Assembly: GCF_000011805.1 (NCBI RefSeq)
Contig: NC_006841.2
Source of the DNA: Aliivibrio fischeri ES114
GTDB taxonomy: Bacteria; Pseudomonadota; Gammaproteobacteria; Enterobacterales; Vibrionaceae
Length of the DNA: 32,000 nucleotides
Direction: 5' to 3' (one strand)
Part shown: piece after piece, positions 1-9,324 of the stretch
Numbering within the stretch: position 1 is the first letter of the stretch
How the letters are laid out: each line of letters begins with the position of its first letter
Notes under the pieces: model-generated
The model's input: the letters and a program-made list of their open reading frames with translations, nothing else
The model's database searches: none
What the model was told of the DNA's origin: nothing
Translations under genes and position numbers: made by a program

Positions 1-1194
1 AATTTGTTGTCGGATCTCAGGTTCAACGTCTTTTAAAAATGCATCCGTAGAAGGATAAAGGGAGCAAGCAAACATCATGTCTTGCCATACCATTAATCCC
101 AGTTCATCACAGAGATCGTAGAATAGTTCGGACTCATATTGACCACCTCCCCAAACACGGATCATGTTCATGTTAGCGTCTTTAGCACTGGTTAATAATT
201 CTCGGTAACGGCTTTCAGACTCAAGGCTTGGCATTGCATCCATAGGGATCCAATTCGCTCCTTTTGAGTTAATAGGAAAACCATTAATCACAAATTCCAT
301 CGCTGAGCCAATTTCATCATTTTTGTTATTAAGCTCTAATTGACGTAAGCCAACTCTTTTTGTGATTGTTTGTTCATCCAGTTCAACGGTGAGTGAATAT
401 AAAGGTTGCTCACCGTAGCCAGAAGGCCACCAAAGTTCAGGATTTTCAATATGGAAAATGGTGCTTGTTTCACCACTCTCATGGCTAATTAACGTGTGAA
501 TTTCGTCATTGAAATTAACGGTAATCGCTTGTCCCGCAATACACTCATGTTTAACATTAACCGTAAGATCAACAGCACCTTGATACCAAATTTGTGCAGT
601 TTCGATTGAGCTTAATTCAATCTTTTTTACAACCTCAATATAAATTGGATCATAGATACCAGAAACCATTAAGCAAATTCCCCAATCCCAACCAGAGTGG
701 CATTGTGTTTTGCGTATTAGGTTCATGTGTGGAAGCTGGTTATTCCCTACCGCCCATGGGATAGGCATAGGTAATTTCTTCGCTCTTGATAGCGCCTCTT
801 CATCGACTCGAGAGAAATGAACTGAAATCGTGTTATCACCCGGTTTAACAAATGGTTTGATATCAATGCGGTGGCGTTGAAATTGGTTAGTAGAGCTTAA
901 AACAAGTTCATTATTAATAAAGACATTAGCCAATGTATCAACACGACTTAAATTGAGTATTAAAGATGCAGCACTCATCTCTTGTGGTGAAAGAGAAAAT
1001 TCTTGAGATAGATGCCAATCGCATTCTCTTACCCATTGAACCTCATTTTCGTTCGTTCCCATATATGGATTGGTAATGATCCCTGCTTGGTATAAAGCAT
1101 GGTAATTATCGCCGGGAACCGTCATTGGAATTGCAAGATGCGAATGCGCTGGAGAGGTGAGTATCCATTTGCCATTAAGAGAAATTTGCGACAT
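1..1194 (-). CDS. Glycoside hydrolase family 2 beta-mannosidase, N-terminal 398 codons (3' end lies beyond the left window edge)
   Basis: Absent from the supplied ORF track because it runs off the edge. Reading the reverse strand from ATG at 1194..1192, the frame stays open to position 1: MSQISLNGKWILTSPAHSHLAIPMTVPGDNYHALYQAGIITNPYMGTNENEVQWVRECDWHL ... NMNMIRVWGGGQYESELFYDLCDELGLMVWQDMMFACSLYPSTDAFLKDVEPEIRQQI. The N-terminal PGxxxxxLxxxGxIxxPxxGxNExxxQW pattern and the WGGGxYE acid/base motif are typical of GH2 beta-mannosidases. Confidence 0.8.
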   Translation of the reverse strand, partial: MSQISLNGKWILTSPAHSHLAIPMTVPGDNYHALYQAGIITNPYMGTNENEVQWVRECDWHLSQEFSLSPQEMSAASLILNLSRVDTLANVFINNELVLSSTNQFQRHRIDIKPFVKPGDNTISVHFSRVDEEALSRAKKLPMPIPWAVGNNQLPHMNLIRKTQCHSGWDWGICLMVSGIYDPIYIEVVKKIELSSIETAQIWYQGAVDLTVNVKHECIAGQAITVNFNDEIHTLISHESGETSTIFHIENPELWWPSGYGEQPLYSLTVELDEQTITKRVGLRQLELNNKNDEIGSAMEFVINGFPINSKGANWIPMDAMPSLESESRYRELLTSAKDANMNMIRVWGGGQYESELFYDLCDELGLMVWQDMMFACSLYPSTDAFLKDVEPEIRQQI

Positions 1195-1640
1195 AAAAAA
1201 TCCTTCTGATGCCGTATATAGTGAAGAAATTGCAAGAAGTGTATGTCTGAAAGCAGAGAAAATATGTGACTCTATTCTCGGATGAGAGTGAATCCTTTTT
1301 ATAAATTCAATAATTTAGATCGTAGCCACAATTCAAATGTGTGTTGTTTATTATCTATCCTTAATATTAATGGAATGATGTGTTGTTATTAGGTGCGGAA
1401 CGCCATACACTATCCTAATTAATAGACTTGTTTGGAAGTATAGATTGATTGAATGTGTTCTTGGTTCAATTTTGAATTTAATCTTATTGATGCAAATCAT
1501 TATATATAATTCTAGTGAATGCATTCGTTATCTGTCAGTTGTATAAGACATTCAGGATTTTATTTGGTGTAGTCCAAAATGAAGCAGCAAAGTGCTGTTA
1601 TTTTGAGTTTAAATGGAATTTATAGTAGTTAGGCACGATC

Positions 1641-3524
1641 ATGTACAAAAATATCTCAATAAAAAATAAGTTAACCCTCATGTTTGTGGTGGTTATCTTG
1701 GTTATGGCGTCAATTCAAACTTATATGACAGGTAAGCAATTGATGAAAGAAACACATCGGTCTGTTGAGCAATTTTCATTAGCTATTACACAATCCAGTA
1801 TTGCGGGTATTGAGAAGTGGATTGATGGGAAGGTGCAGATCTTATTAGCGACAGAAAAATCGTTTTCTTATTCGGATAAACCAATTAGCTACTTTGCTCA
1901 AGCAGAAAAAGCAGGTCAATTTGATATTACTTATGCAGGTTTATCAACGGGTGAATTTTACCAAAGCCGAAATCTTCCCGTACCAGAGGGGTATGACCCA
2001 AGGGGACGTGATTGGTATTTAGCGGCACAAAGCTCATCAGCTCCTATCGTTACAAGTCCATATATTGATGCGGGAACAGGCAATCTCGTTGTGACCATTG
2101 CTGATTCATTTAATACCGATATTTACGCAGGCGTTATTGGTGCTGATATTGGAATCCAATCTATTGTTGCCGATGTACTTGCTGTTAACCAAGATGGAGT
2201 ATCTGCTTATTTGGTGGATAAAGATGGTCATTTTGTTGCGCATCAAGACCACAACATGCTGCAGAAATCCGTTTCAACATTAAGTGATAAACTTTCTGTT
2301 GCTGGCATTGAAGCACTATCAAAAAGCGGTTCTTTATCTGAAGCGGTAATTAATGGTAAAGACGTATTTATCACTGTGGCAAAAGAAGGGATTTCTGGTT
2401 GGTATTTTGTCACGATTATCGATAAGGAGCATGCATTTGCCTCTGTAAGAAGTGTGATTAGTGATTCTCTTTTTATGGTGATGTTGCAGCTTATTATTAT
2501 CGCAGCATTAGCAGCATACTTGATAAAACAAGCTCTATCTCCACTTACGTTGTTAAGCAAAGCAATGGAAGATTTATCTAAAGGTGAAGGGGATTTAACA
2601 CAACGCATCACGGTTGATTCAAAAGATGAAATTGGTCAATTAGCCGGTCATGTAAATGCTTTTATTGATAAATTACATTCAATTATTAAAGACATTGCTT
2701 CTTCTTCGTTAGAGTTAAACTCTCAATCAAGATTAAGTACTCAAATGGCAGGTAAAACCAGCGAAGGTTTAGCTATTCAGGTAAATGAAATTACACAAAT
2801 TGCCGCAGCGGTTCATGAAATGTCAGCTACCGCTCAAGAAGTTGCTAATAATGCACAATTAACGGCTGAATCAGCAGTGAGCTCTACAGAAAGTTGCGAG
2901 CAAGGAAAGCTAGTTATTATTCGCAACCAAGAGTCTATCGTAAACCTAGCTAATCAGGTTGATAATGCATCAAATATTATTCAAGAGTTAGAGAGCAACG
3001 CTCAACAAATAAATACCATTCTTTCAACGATCAGAGAAATTGCAGAACAAACTAATTTGTTGGCATTGAATGCTGCGATTGAAGCGGCGAGAGCTGGAGA
3101 GCAAGGCCGAGGTTTTGCGGTAGTGGCAGATGAAGTTCGAGTGTTATCGCAACGTACTCATAGTTCAACAGATGAAATCCGCCACATGATTGAAACCTTA
3201 CAACGAAATACTCATTCAGCAGTTCAGAGTATGGATGAAAGTAAGAAATTTGCTCAATCAAGTGTTGATGATGCGAGTAATGCGACCACAGCGTTAGAAG
3301 AAATATCTTACTCTATTCAACAAATATCAGATATGGCGATGCAAATTTCTAACGCAGCAGCAGAGCAAAGAACTGTAACCGATGAAGTAAACCAAAACAT
3401 TCAATTGGCGAGCGATGTATCTGATCAAATGTCGACAGAAGCAAACAATTCACAACAATTATCTGAAGAGTTACGTGAAATCGCGACTCGTTTGAACAAT
3501 CAAGTGAACTTGTTTAAGTATTAA
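1641..3524 (+). CDS. Methyl-accepting chemotaxis protein with a periplasmic double-Cache-type sensor and a HAMP domain
   Basis: 627-aa ORF. It has an N-terminal TM helix, a Cache-like sensor (YDPRGRDWY motif), a second TM and a HAMP domain ([17 protein letters not shown]). It also carries the near-invariant MCP signalling hairpin [38 protein letters not shown]. Confidence 0.95.
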   Translation: MYKNISIKNKLTLMFVVVILVMASIQTYMTGKQLMKETHRSVEQFSLAITQSSIAGIEKWIDGKVQILLATEKSFSYSDKPISYFAQAEKAGQFDITYAGLSTGEFYQSRNLPVPEGYDPRGRDWYLAAQSSSAPIVTSPYIDAGTGNLVVTIADSFNTDIYAGVIGADIGIQSIVADVLAVNQDGVSAYLVDKDGHFVAHQDHNMLQKSVSTLSDKLSVAGIEALSKSGSLSEAVINGKDVFITVAKEGISGWYFVTIIDKEHAFASVRSVISDSLFMVMLQLIIIAALAAYLIKQALSPLTLLSKAMEDLSKGEGDLTQRITVDSKDEIGQLAGHVNAFIDKLHSIIKDIASSSLELNSQSRLSTQMAGKTSEGLAIQVNEITQIAAAVHEMSATAQEVANNAQLTAESAVSSTESCEQGKLVIIRNQESIVNLANQVDNASNIIQELESNAQQINTILSTIREIAEQTNLLALNAAIEAARAGEQGRGFAVVADEVRVLSQRTHSSTDEIRHMIETLQRNTHSAVQSMDESKKFAQSSVDDASNATTALEEISYSIQQISDMAMQISNAAAEQRTVTDEVNQNIQLASDVSDQMSTEANNSQQLSEELREIATRLNNQVNLFKY

Positions 3525-3541
3525 TAAAATCCCCCTAAAAA

Positions 3542-3588
3542 AAAGCCTCTTTCATTTAGTGTGACGACTAAATTTAAGAGGCTTTTTT
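3542..3588 (+). terminator. Rho-independent terminator of the MCP gene
   Basis: 10-bp outer stem aaagcctctt / aagaggcttt with an inner 7-bp stem atttagt / actaaat, followed by TTTTTT. It starts 18 nt after the stop codon. Confidence 0.85.
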
Positions 3589-3776
3589 GTAAACTCCATA
3601 TAATTATGATGTGATGACGGTCATCCTTTTGGCTTCTATTTATTGTTAATCATAGCCAATATCTTTAGATTAATTCATGAGATTTATGTATTACTTAAGT
3701 TTCATTTCTGTAAATAAAGTATCGAAACCAATTTAAACCCTATTTTGAGACGTTTTATTTAACAGAGGAAACCAAT

Positions 3777-4061
3777 ATGGCTAAGTACCAATTTTTTTGT
3801 ATTCCCAATAGTGATCGTAAGAAATACACCTTCCTAGATATGGCGTCGGAGTCTTTTTTAAAAGAGAAATCCGCCATACTCGCACAAGGCTTTGAAGTTG
3901 AAGATGATGTTATTTATGCAGAAACATCAGAAGAAGCCGTTGAGAAATTTAAATCCAACTTTGTTTATGCGGTAGATGAATATGGAAAAGCTGATGTCAG
4001 TTATGGCTTCGCTATTTTTATTCAATCTATTTATAAGAAATTGTTTAAGAAAAATGCATAA
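3777..4061 (+). CDS. Hypothetical 94-aa protein with an acidic core and a basic amphipathic C-terminus
   Basis: ORF preceded by the Shine-Dalgarno agagga 7 nt upstream of ATG. I recognise no family motif. Confidence 0.55.
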   Translation: MAKYQFFCIPNSDRKKYTFLDMASESFLKEKSAILAQGFEVEDDVIYAETSEEAVEKFKSNFVYAVDEYGKADVSYGFAIFIQSIYKKLFKKNA

Positions 4062-4142
4062 GTTTTATTTAAATAAAAACAAAAGGATGAGAATTATGGA
4101 TAAGGTCTTTTGTTGCTTAGTGCTTTTGTTCAGGCCAAAAAA

Positions 4143-4628
4143 TTAAAATAAGTCATCAAAAGAGAGCTCAAGATGATGCATGAGTATTATCCCTTTTGAA
4201 TCCGGCACAATCCCATTGACTAATGATAGAGAGATTGTGTCGGTAATAGGGTAAGAAATAATAAGCTCAGGTATGAGATAAAGGCTGATATCTTCATTGA
4301 TATAAGTAATGATTTCCTCTTGCTTGTAGCCTGTAACCAGACCTAAAACAACCCCAGCATCAAATGATAACTTGCTAAGCATTAATGCATCGTCGGTTTG
4401 AAATTTCCAGCCAACAAGTGTTGATTTTCTATTATATGAATTAGTGAAATTCGCAACACTAAAACCGTTATTGATGCTAAAACCTATCAGCTTATGCTGT
4501 TCATTATAGTCATAGTCTCTATCAACATAATGGTTACTGTAACCAAGAAAAGCCACTTCGATTGACGTCGCCTGAACGGGGAGAGAAAGAGCAATAAGTA
4601 GGAATGCAAATACAGAAATCCATTTCAT
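4143..4628 (-). CDS. Small secreted protein, probably an outer-membrane beta-barrel; function unknown
   Basis: Signal peptide MKWISVFAFLLIALSLPVQA-TS, alternating hydrophobic/aromatic strand pattern, and a C-terminal Phe (..SFDDLF) as in OMP sorting signals. SD aggat lies upstream of ATG. Confidence 0.65.
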   Translation of the reverse strand: MKWISVFAFLLIALSLPVQATSIEVAFLGYSNHYVDRDYDYNEQHKLIGFSINNGFSVANFTNSYNRKSTLVGWKFQTDDALMLSKLSFDAGVVLGLVTGYKQEEIITYINEDISLYLIPELIISYPITDTISLSLVNGIVPDSKGIILMHHLELSFDDLF

Positions 4629-4819
4629 ATTTATCCTAACATTTAAGTAAACATACTATTAATAGTAGTAGGCAGTTATTTGTTTTGCTTATTTCTTTTA
4701 TTGAATTTGCCATAACTTCCCCCTTTTTGTTTATTATCGCAATATTGGTATTAAGGGATTTAATCGTATTTTATTAGGAGTAATATGATAAAGACTAGGT
4801 GATCAGTTAAGGGACGAAA

Positions 4820-5770
4820 ATGCGTAAAATACTATTAGGATTGGCATGTATTGTGACACTACAAGCGTGCTCGCCAGATAAAGGTGATGAAGCATTAGGC
4901 ACATTAGAGCGAGATAGAGTGACTTTTTCTGCTACCTCAAATGAAATTATTCGAGCATTACCAGTTAAAGAGGGAAGTGAAGTCAAAGTCGGTGATGTAT
5001 TGGTGCAGCTAGATACCAAGAATCAAGAAGCGATTCTTGCTCATGCCATTGCGAATACGGCTAAAGCGCAAGCGTATTTATTACGTTTAACGAATGGAGA
5101 GCGCCCAGAGGATATTGCCTCTGCGCAGGCAAGGGTTGATCAAGCCAAAGCTCAACTGATCGATGCTGAAAAAACGTATCGTAGAATGGTTGAGTTAGTA
5201 AAGAAGAATCTTGCCAGTCAATCAAATAAGGATGCCGCATTAGCATCAAGAGATTCAGCCAGAGCGGCATTAAATTCAGCAAATGAAGAGTTTTCAAAAC
5301 TGACCGCTGGAGCAAGGCCTGAGGATATTGAGCCAGCCAGAGCTGAGCTTGATGCCATGAAAGCAGAAGCCATTTTGCAACAACAGAAACTTGATGAATT
5401 AACCATTGTTGCTACTCGTGATGGTATTTTAGATAACTTACCCTATAACCTAGGTGAGCGTGTTCCTGTTAATGGTTTTGTCGCCGTCATTCAAGCCAAT
5501 AGAGTTCCTTATGCTCGTGTTTATGTTCCTGCATCGTATCGTGTAGGCTTTGTACCTGGGAAAAAATTCTCCGTTAAAGTTGATGGTATTGATACTCCTT
5601 TTGAAGGAACTGTACGATGGGTTGCAACGGATCCATTATTTACACCTTATTACGCATTAACAGAAGAAGATCGTTCACATCTCGTTTATTTAGCTGAGGT
5701 TGACTTACCCGAATCAGCAGCTCTATTACCTTCAGGTGTACCTGCTCAAGTTGAATTGAGTAAGGACTAA
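4820..5770 (+). CDS. HlyD-family membrane-fusion/periplasmic adaptor protein (YbhG/YhiI-like), lipoprotein form
   Basis: Lipobox LGLACIVTLQAC, a long coiled-coil hairpin (repeated ARPEDI...A motifs) and beta-barrel ends typical of HlyD_D23 adaptors. It is the first gene of a tightly spaced three-gene operon. Confidence 0.9.
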   Translation: MRKILLGLACIVTLQACSPDKGDEALGTLERDRVTFSATSNEIIRALPVKEGSEVKVGDVLVQLDTKNQEAILAHAIANTAKAQAYLLRLTNGERPEDIASAQARVDQAKAQLIDAEKTYRRMVELVKKNLASQSNKDAALASRDSARAALNSANEEFSKLTAGARPEDIEPARAELDAMKAEAILQQQKLDELTIVATRDGILDNLPYNLGERVPVNGFVAVIQANRVPYARVYVPASYRVGFVPGKKFSVKVDGIDTPFEGTVRWVATDPLFTPYYALTEEDRSHLVYLAEVDLPESAALLPSGVPAQVELSKD

Positions 5771-5774
5771 GTAT

Positions 5775-6701
5775 ATGACTGAATTGGCAATTCAAGCAAA
5801 AGAGGTAGTAAAAAAGTTCGGTGATTTTACTGCGATTGATGGGATTAACTTATCCGTACCTAAAGGCAGCATTTATGGTTTTTTAGGGCCGAATGGGTGT
5901 GGTAAATCAACAACTATCCGAACCCTAACAGGCTTATTAAGTCCAACATCAGGAACCGTTGATGTGCTGGGTTTATGCATACCAAAAGAGTCGGAAGCGT
6001 TACGTTTAAAGATTGGTTACATGACTCAAAAGTTCTCGTTATACGATGATTTAAGTGTTGAAGAGAACCTAGAATTTATTGGTCAAATCTTTGGTATGGA
6101 AAAGCAATTATTAAATGCACGAGTTTCTGAACAACTAGCGACATATGGGCTTGATCAGCTACGCAAACAACGAGTATCAGGAATGAGTGGTGGCCAAAAG
6201 CAGAGATTATCATTGGCCGCGGCCACTATGCATAATCCAGAACTTTTGTTTTTAGATGAACCTACATCAGCGGTTGACCCTGAAAATCGACGAGAGTTTT
6301 GGGAGCAATTATTCGATCTTTCAGATAAAGGCACCACCATTCTCGTGACAACTCACTACATGGATGAGGCTGAACGTTGTCATCGTTTAGCGATTATGGA
6401 GTCAGGCATTATTCGGGCTGATGGTGAGCCTGAAGAACTCATGGCAAACATGGGGGTTAATATTGTCGAGGTAAAAGCGAATAACTTACGAGCGTTAAAA
6501 GCAAAATTAATAGCTTGTGATGAGGTACGCTCTGCCGCTCAACTAGGGATCCGTTTACGAGTGCTTATTCATCAACATATTGATGACCCTATTTTATGGT
6601 TAAGAACGAATTTTAGTGAATTAAAAGACGCGGAAATGAATATCGCTCGTCCTAGCTTAGAAGATGTTTTTGTTACCGTAACAGGGAAGGGACGTCAATG
6701 A
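5775..6701 (+). CDS. ABC transporter ATP-binding protein (ABC-2/drug-exporter type)
   Basis: Walker A GPNGCGKST, ABC signature SGGQKQRLSLA, Walker B LLFLDEPTSAVD and H-loop TTHYMDEA. It starts 4 nt after the adaptor gene. Confidence 0.95.
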   Translation: MTELAIQAKEVVKKFGDFTAIDGINLSVPKGSIYGFLGPNGCGKSTTIRTLTGLLSPTSGTVDVLGLCIPKESEALRLKIGYMTQKFSLYDDLSVEENLEFIGQIFGMEKQLLNARVSEQLATYGLDQLRKQRVSGMSGGQKQRLSLAAATMHNPELLFLDEPTSAVDPENRREFWEQLFDLSDKGTTILVTTHYMDEAERCHRLAIMESGIIRADGEPEELMANMGVNIVEVKANNLRALKAKLIACDEVRSAAQLGIRLRVLIHQHIDDPILWLRTNFSELKDAEMNIARPSLEDVFVTVTGKGRQ

Positions 6702-7798
6702 AATCAATGAATCGCATGAAAGCCATCATGATGAAAGAGATACGCCAGCTATCTAGAGATAAGTTGACGTTCGGAATGGTTATTATGATCCCATTAATTC
6801 AATTGTTGCTGTTTGGCTATGCCATTAACACGGATATTAGGGATATTCCGGTCGCGGTTGTTGATCAAAGTGAGAGTACACTAGGGCGCTTAATTACGGA
6901 GTCAGTTAAAGTAACTCAAGTGGTTAATATAAAGCAGTATTACCCTACGGTTGAAGAAGCTGAAAAGGCGATTCAACAGGGTGTGGTTCGTGCCGCCTTA
7001 GTCTTACCAAAAGACATCACTCAACGAGTCATGCAAAAAAGAGAACTTGGCCAATGGATAGTGGATGGCTCAGATACCATGATCAGTGCTGCTATTTTAT
7101 CATTACAAACCATGCCATTGGCTGATTTGGATTTTGATGTAAGAAATACAGCCAAAGCCAAAACATTTGAAGTCACTTTGTTTTATAATCCTAGTCGACG
7201 CTCTGCAGTTAATATCGTTCCTGGTTTATTGGGCGTTATATTAACCATGACCATGGTGCTTTTTACTAGCTCTGCAATTGTTAGAGAGCGTGAAAGAGGT
7301 AATTTAGAGTTATTGATCACCACTCCGATCCGCTCATTTGAACTCATGGTCGCAAAAATTATTCCTTATATCTTTGTCGGCTTAATTCAAGTGTTGATCA
7401 TTCTTGGTTTAGGTTACGCTATTTTCGATGTGCCTATTAACGGTTCGTTATCACAAATATTATTTGGAACATTGCTATTTATATCAGCAAGTTTGACGCT
7501 TGGGTTAGTGATATCAACAATAGCAAAAACACAGTTGCAAGCCATGCAAATGACGATCTTTATACTCCTTCCATCTATATTGTTATCTGGTTTTATGTTT
7601 CCGTACGAAGGTATGCCTGTCATAGCTCAATGGATAGCAGAGGTATTACCCGCAACTCACTTTATGCGGTTGATTAGAGGTATCGTATTAAGAGGGGCTG
7701 ATTTAATGGACTTATGGCGTGACACGATTTGGATGATAGTGTTTACATTAATAGGACTGTTTGTCGCGTCTAAACGATTTAAGAAATCATTGGATTGA
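6698..7798 (+). CDS. ABC-2 family transporter permease (YbhS/YhhJ-like)
   Basis: ATGA start/stop overlap with the ATPase gene. It has an N-terminal TM, a large periplasmic loop and then five further TM helices, matching ABC-2 permease topology. Confidence 0.92.
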   Translation: MKSMNRMKAIMMKEIRQLSRDKLTFGMVIMIPLIQLLLFGYAINTDIRDIPVAVVDQSESTLGRLITESVKVTQVVNIKQYYPTVEEAEKAIQQGVVRAALVLPKDITQRVMQKRELGQWIVDGSDTMISAAILSLQTMPLADLDFDVRNTAKAKTFEVTLFYNPSRRSAVNIVPGLLGVILTMTMVLFTSSAIVRERERGNLELLITTPIRSFELMVAKIIPYIFVGLIQVLIILGLGYAIFDVPINGSLSQILFGTLLFISASLTLGLVISTIAKTQLQAMQMTIFILLPSILLSGFMFPYEGMPVIAQWIAEVLPATHFMRLIRGIVLRGADLMDLWRDTIWMIVFTLIGLFVASKRFKKSLD

Positions 7799-7817
7799 TT
7801 GGTTAAATAGAGAGAAT

Positions 7818-7856
7818 GCCCTGATTGTTTGAGCACCAATTCAGGGCGTTTTTATT
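7818..7856 (+). terminator. Rho-independent terminator of the efflux operon
   Basis: Stem gccctga / tcagggc (7818-7824 / 7841-7847) followed by gtttttatttc. Confidence 0.7.
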
Positions 7857-7877
7857 TCAATCTAAAGCATGTGTACC

Positions 7878-7985
7878 TTAAGCGATAAAAATTATATTTC
7901 CGCAGATACAAACCCAAATATGACGGGTTTCGCTATAGAACCATTCTTGATGTTGTTGGCAGCATGGGCAGACTATTTTATCCAT
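7878..7985 (-). CDS. Candidate 35-aa Cys-rich (zinc-ribbon-like) small protein, below the ORF-track size cutoff
   Basis: My own translation of the reverse strand gives MDKIVCPCCQQHQEWFYSETRHIWVCICGNIIFIA. The CPCC ... CICG spacing resembles a zinc knuckle/ribbon. A good SD (aaggga) ends 5 nt before the ATG. There is no homology evidence. Confidence 0.3.
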   Translation of the reverse strand: MDKIVCPCCQQHQEWFYSETRHIWVCICGNIIFIA

Positions 7986-8248
7986 AAGTTTCCCTTAACT
8001 TTTTTTATTATCAAGATCTAGTATGGGAAGAAAACTTATCTTATCAAATCAAAATATGAGCTTGTGAGTCTCAATTCGACATAAGCAACACTTTGATGTA
8101 ACTATGAGATTAGTTAATAGCAATACGTTTATTTTAATTACATTTTTAAGAGATAAGCGTCGTAAATTTTGCGGGCTGTCACATTATGAATATTGTCTCT
8201 GTGTATAAAATGAGAATCCCAAAGAGAAAGTATGCTCAAGGAGGAGTC

Positions 8249-8371
8249 ATGTTTTTATTGGAAGGGTTAAGCCCACTTACAGAGCTAATTATATGGATAA
8301 GTTATGCCATCACGATTGTAATTTGTGCGTTGACGGTTGCTGTTATCGTTGAATTTAGTAAAAAAGAGTAA
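8249..8371 (+). CDS. Candidate 40-aa single-TM small membrane protein
   Basis: The track ORF 8186..8371 contains an internal ATG at 8249 preceded by a near-consensus SD (caaggaggagtcATG). Product: MFLLEGLSPLTELIIWISYAITIVICALTVAVIVEFSKKE, one hydrophobic helix with a charged tail. A strong terminator follows directly. Confidence 0.45.
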   Translation: MFLLEGLSPLTELIIWISYAITIVICALTVAVIVEFSKKE

Positions 8372-8400
8372 GACACGATGACTTACCCTAAAAACAAAAA

Positions 8401-8430
8401 AGAGCACATTGGTTATGTGCTCTTTTTTTA
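8401..8430. terminator. Bidirectional rho-independent terminator between convergent genes
   Basis: Perfect 9-bp stem agagcacat / atgtgctct with a 5-nt loop, flanked by an A-run upstream and a T-run downstream. Confidence 0.8.
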
Positions 8431-8446
8431 TTTACATTAGGGAAAA

Positions 8447-9106
8447 TTAAAGTGTTGTAATCACATCTTCCATTGGTAAACGTGCTTTTGGTAGACCGTG
8501 GTTATAATCTTCGCCATCTTTGTGATAACCCAACGCAAGGGCAAAATCACATACATAACCATCTAATTCATCTTTAAACTCTTCACCAATCAATGCTGAG
8601 TCAACACCTTCCATTGATGTTGATGCTATGCCCATACGAGCAAGAGTATGCAGTGTGTTACCTAGAGCAATGTAGCTTTGTGCTTTTGTCCAGTTACCAT
8701 TAAAGCCTGCTTCGTTAGTATTTAATTCAACAAAGCCAAAAGCGCCATCTAGCATATCGTTATAACGCTCAGCAGGTAAGTGGCCAGAAGCAACTTCAGC
8801 ATCCACTACTTTACGGTATTGGTCTTTTGTATAGTTTGGATTGTGTGCAAATAAAATCGTGTGCGATGCTTCTTTTGCGTGTGGTTGATTAAATTCAAAC
8901 ATATTCGCAAATGTACCATGAAAACGTTCTTTTGCTTCTTCACTCTCAAGAACAATGAATTTCCAAGGTTGAGAGTTAATTGAAGATGCAGATAGACGAA
9001 TCGCTTCTTTAATTACGTCCATATCTTCTGCTGAAATGCGCTTTGTTGCGTCGTATTTTTTAGCAGTATAACGAGAATTTAAATCAGCAATAATTGGGTG
9101 AGTCAT
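8447..9106 (-). CDS. nfsB: Oxygen-insensitive NAD(P)H nitroreductase / FMN reductase (NfsB / Vibrio fischeri FRase I family)
   Basis: 219 aa. MTHPII...RYT.KKYD...LSASSINSQPWKFIV...LALGN.LHTLAR...MEG...EDVIT.L is co-linear with the FRase I/NfsB sequence as I remember it. Confidence 0.9.
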   Translation of the reverse strand: MTHPIIADLNSRYTAKKYDATKRISAEDMDVIKEAIRLSASSINSQPWKFIVLESEEAKERFHGTFANMFEFNQPHAKEASHTILFAHNPNYTKDQYRKVVDAEVASGHLPAERYNDMLDGAFGFVELNTNEAGFNGNWTKAQSYIALGNTLHTLARMGIASTSMEGVDSALIGEEFKDELDGYVCDFALALGYHKDGEDYNHGLPKARLPMEDVITTL

Positions 9107-9250
9107 ATGAGCTATTTCCTAAATCTGGTGAACAAAAGCGCGAGTTTATATTTTCTTTACTCGTCGTTGATGTGAGTAAGATAAAGAAAATCAAAGACGA
9201 GAAAAAGAGATGAAAGATCCAATCACTATGGAATAAAAGTTCCATAATTG

Positions 9251-9281
9251 TTGACCTGTCTATAGCTTTACAGTTTATGAT
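9251..9281 (+). promoter_or_regulatory. MerR-type promoter: -35 TTGACC, 19-bp spacer containing an imperfect dyad, -10 TATGAT
   Basis: ttgacc (9251-9256), then tgtctatagctttacagtt (19 nt), then tatgat (9276-9281). The dyad ACCTGT ... ACAGTT spans the spacer. It points toward the MerR-family gene starting at 9325. A separate 7-bp inverted repeat tatggaa-N6-ttccata sits at 9227-9246. Confidence 0.55.
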
Positions 9282-9324
9282 GGGTATCAATTGAACGGTG
9301 AGTCTTATTTAACAGGAGCCAACC

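Noticed and set aside
4098-4148. 16-aa ORF MDKVFCCLVLLFRPKN with SD aagga, between the 94-aa ORF and the convergent OMP-like gene.
   Set aside because: It is too short to support, and it overlaps the 3' end of the minus-strand gene. There is no other evidence.
8186-8248. Longest-ORF start (ATG 8186) for the 61-aa track ORF.
   Set aside because: It has no SD, and the extra 21 residues are basic and low-complexity. The internal ATG at 8249 has a near-consensus AGGAGG, so I called the 40-aa form.
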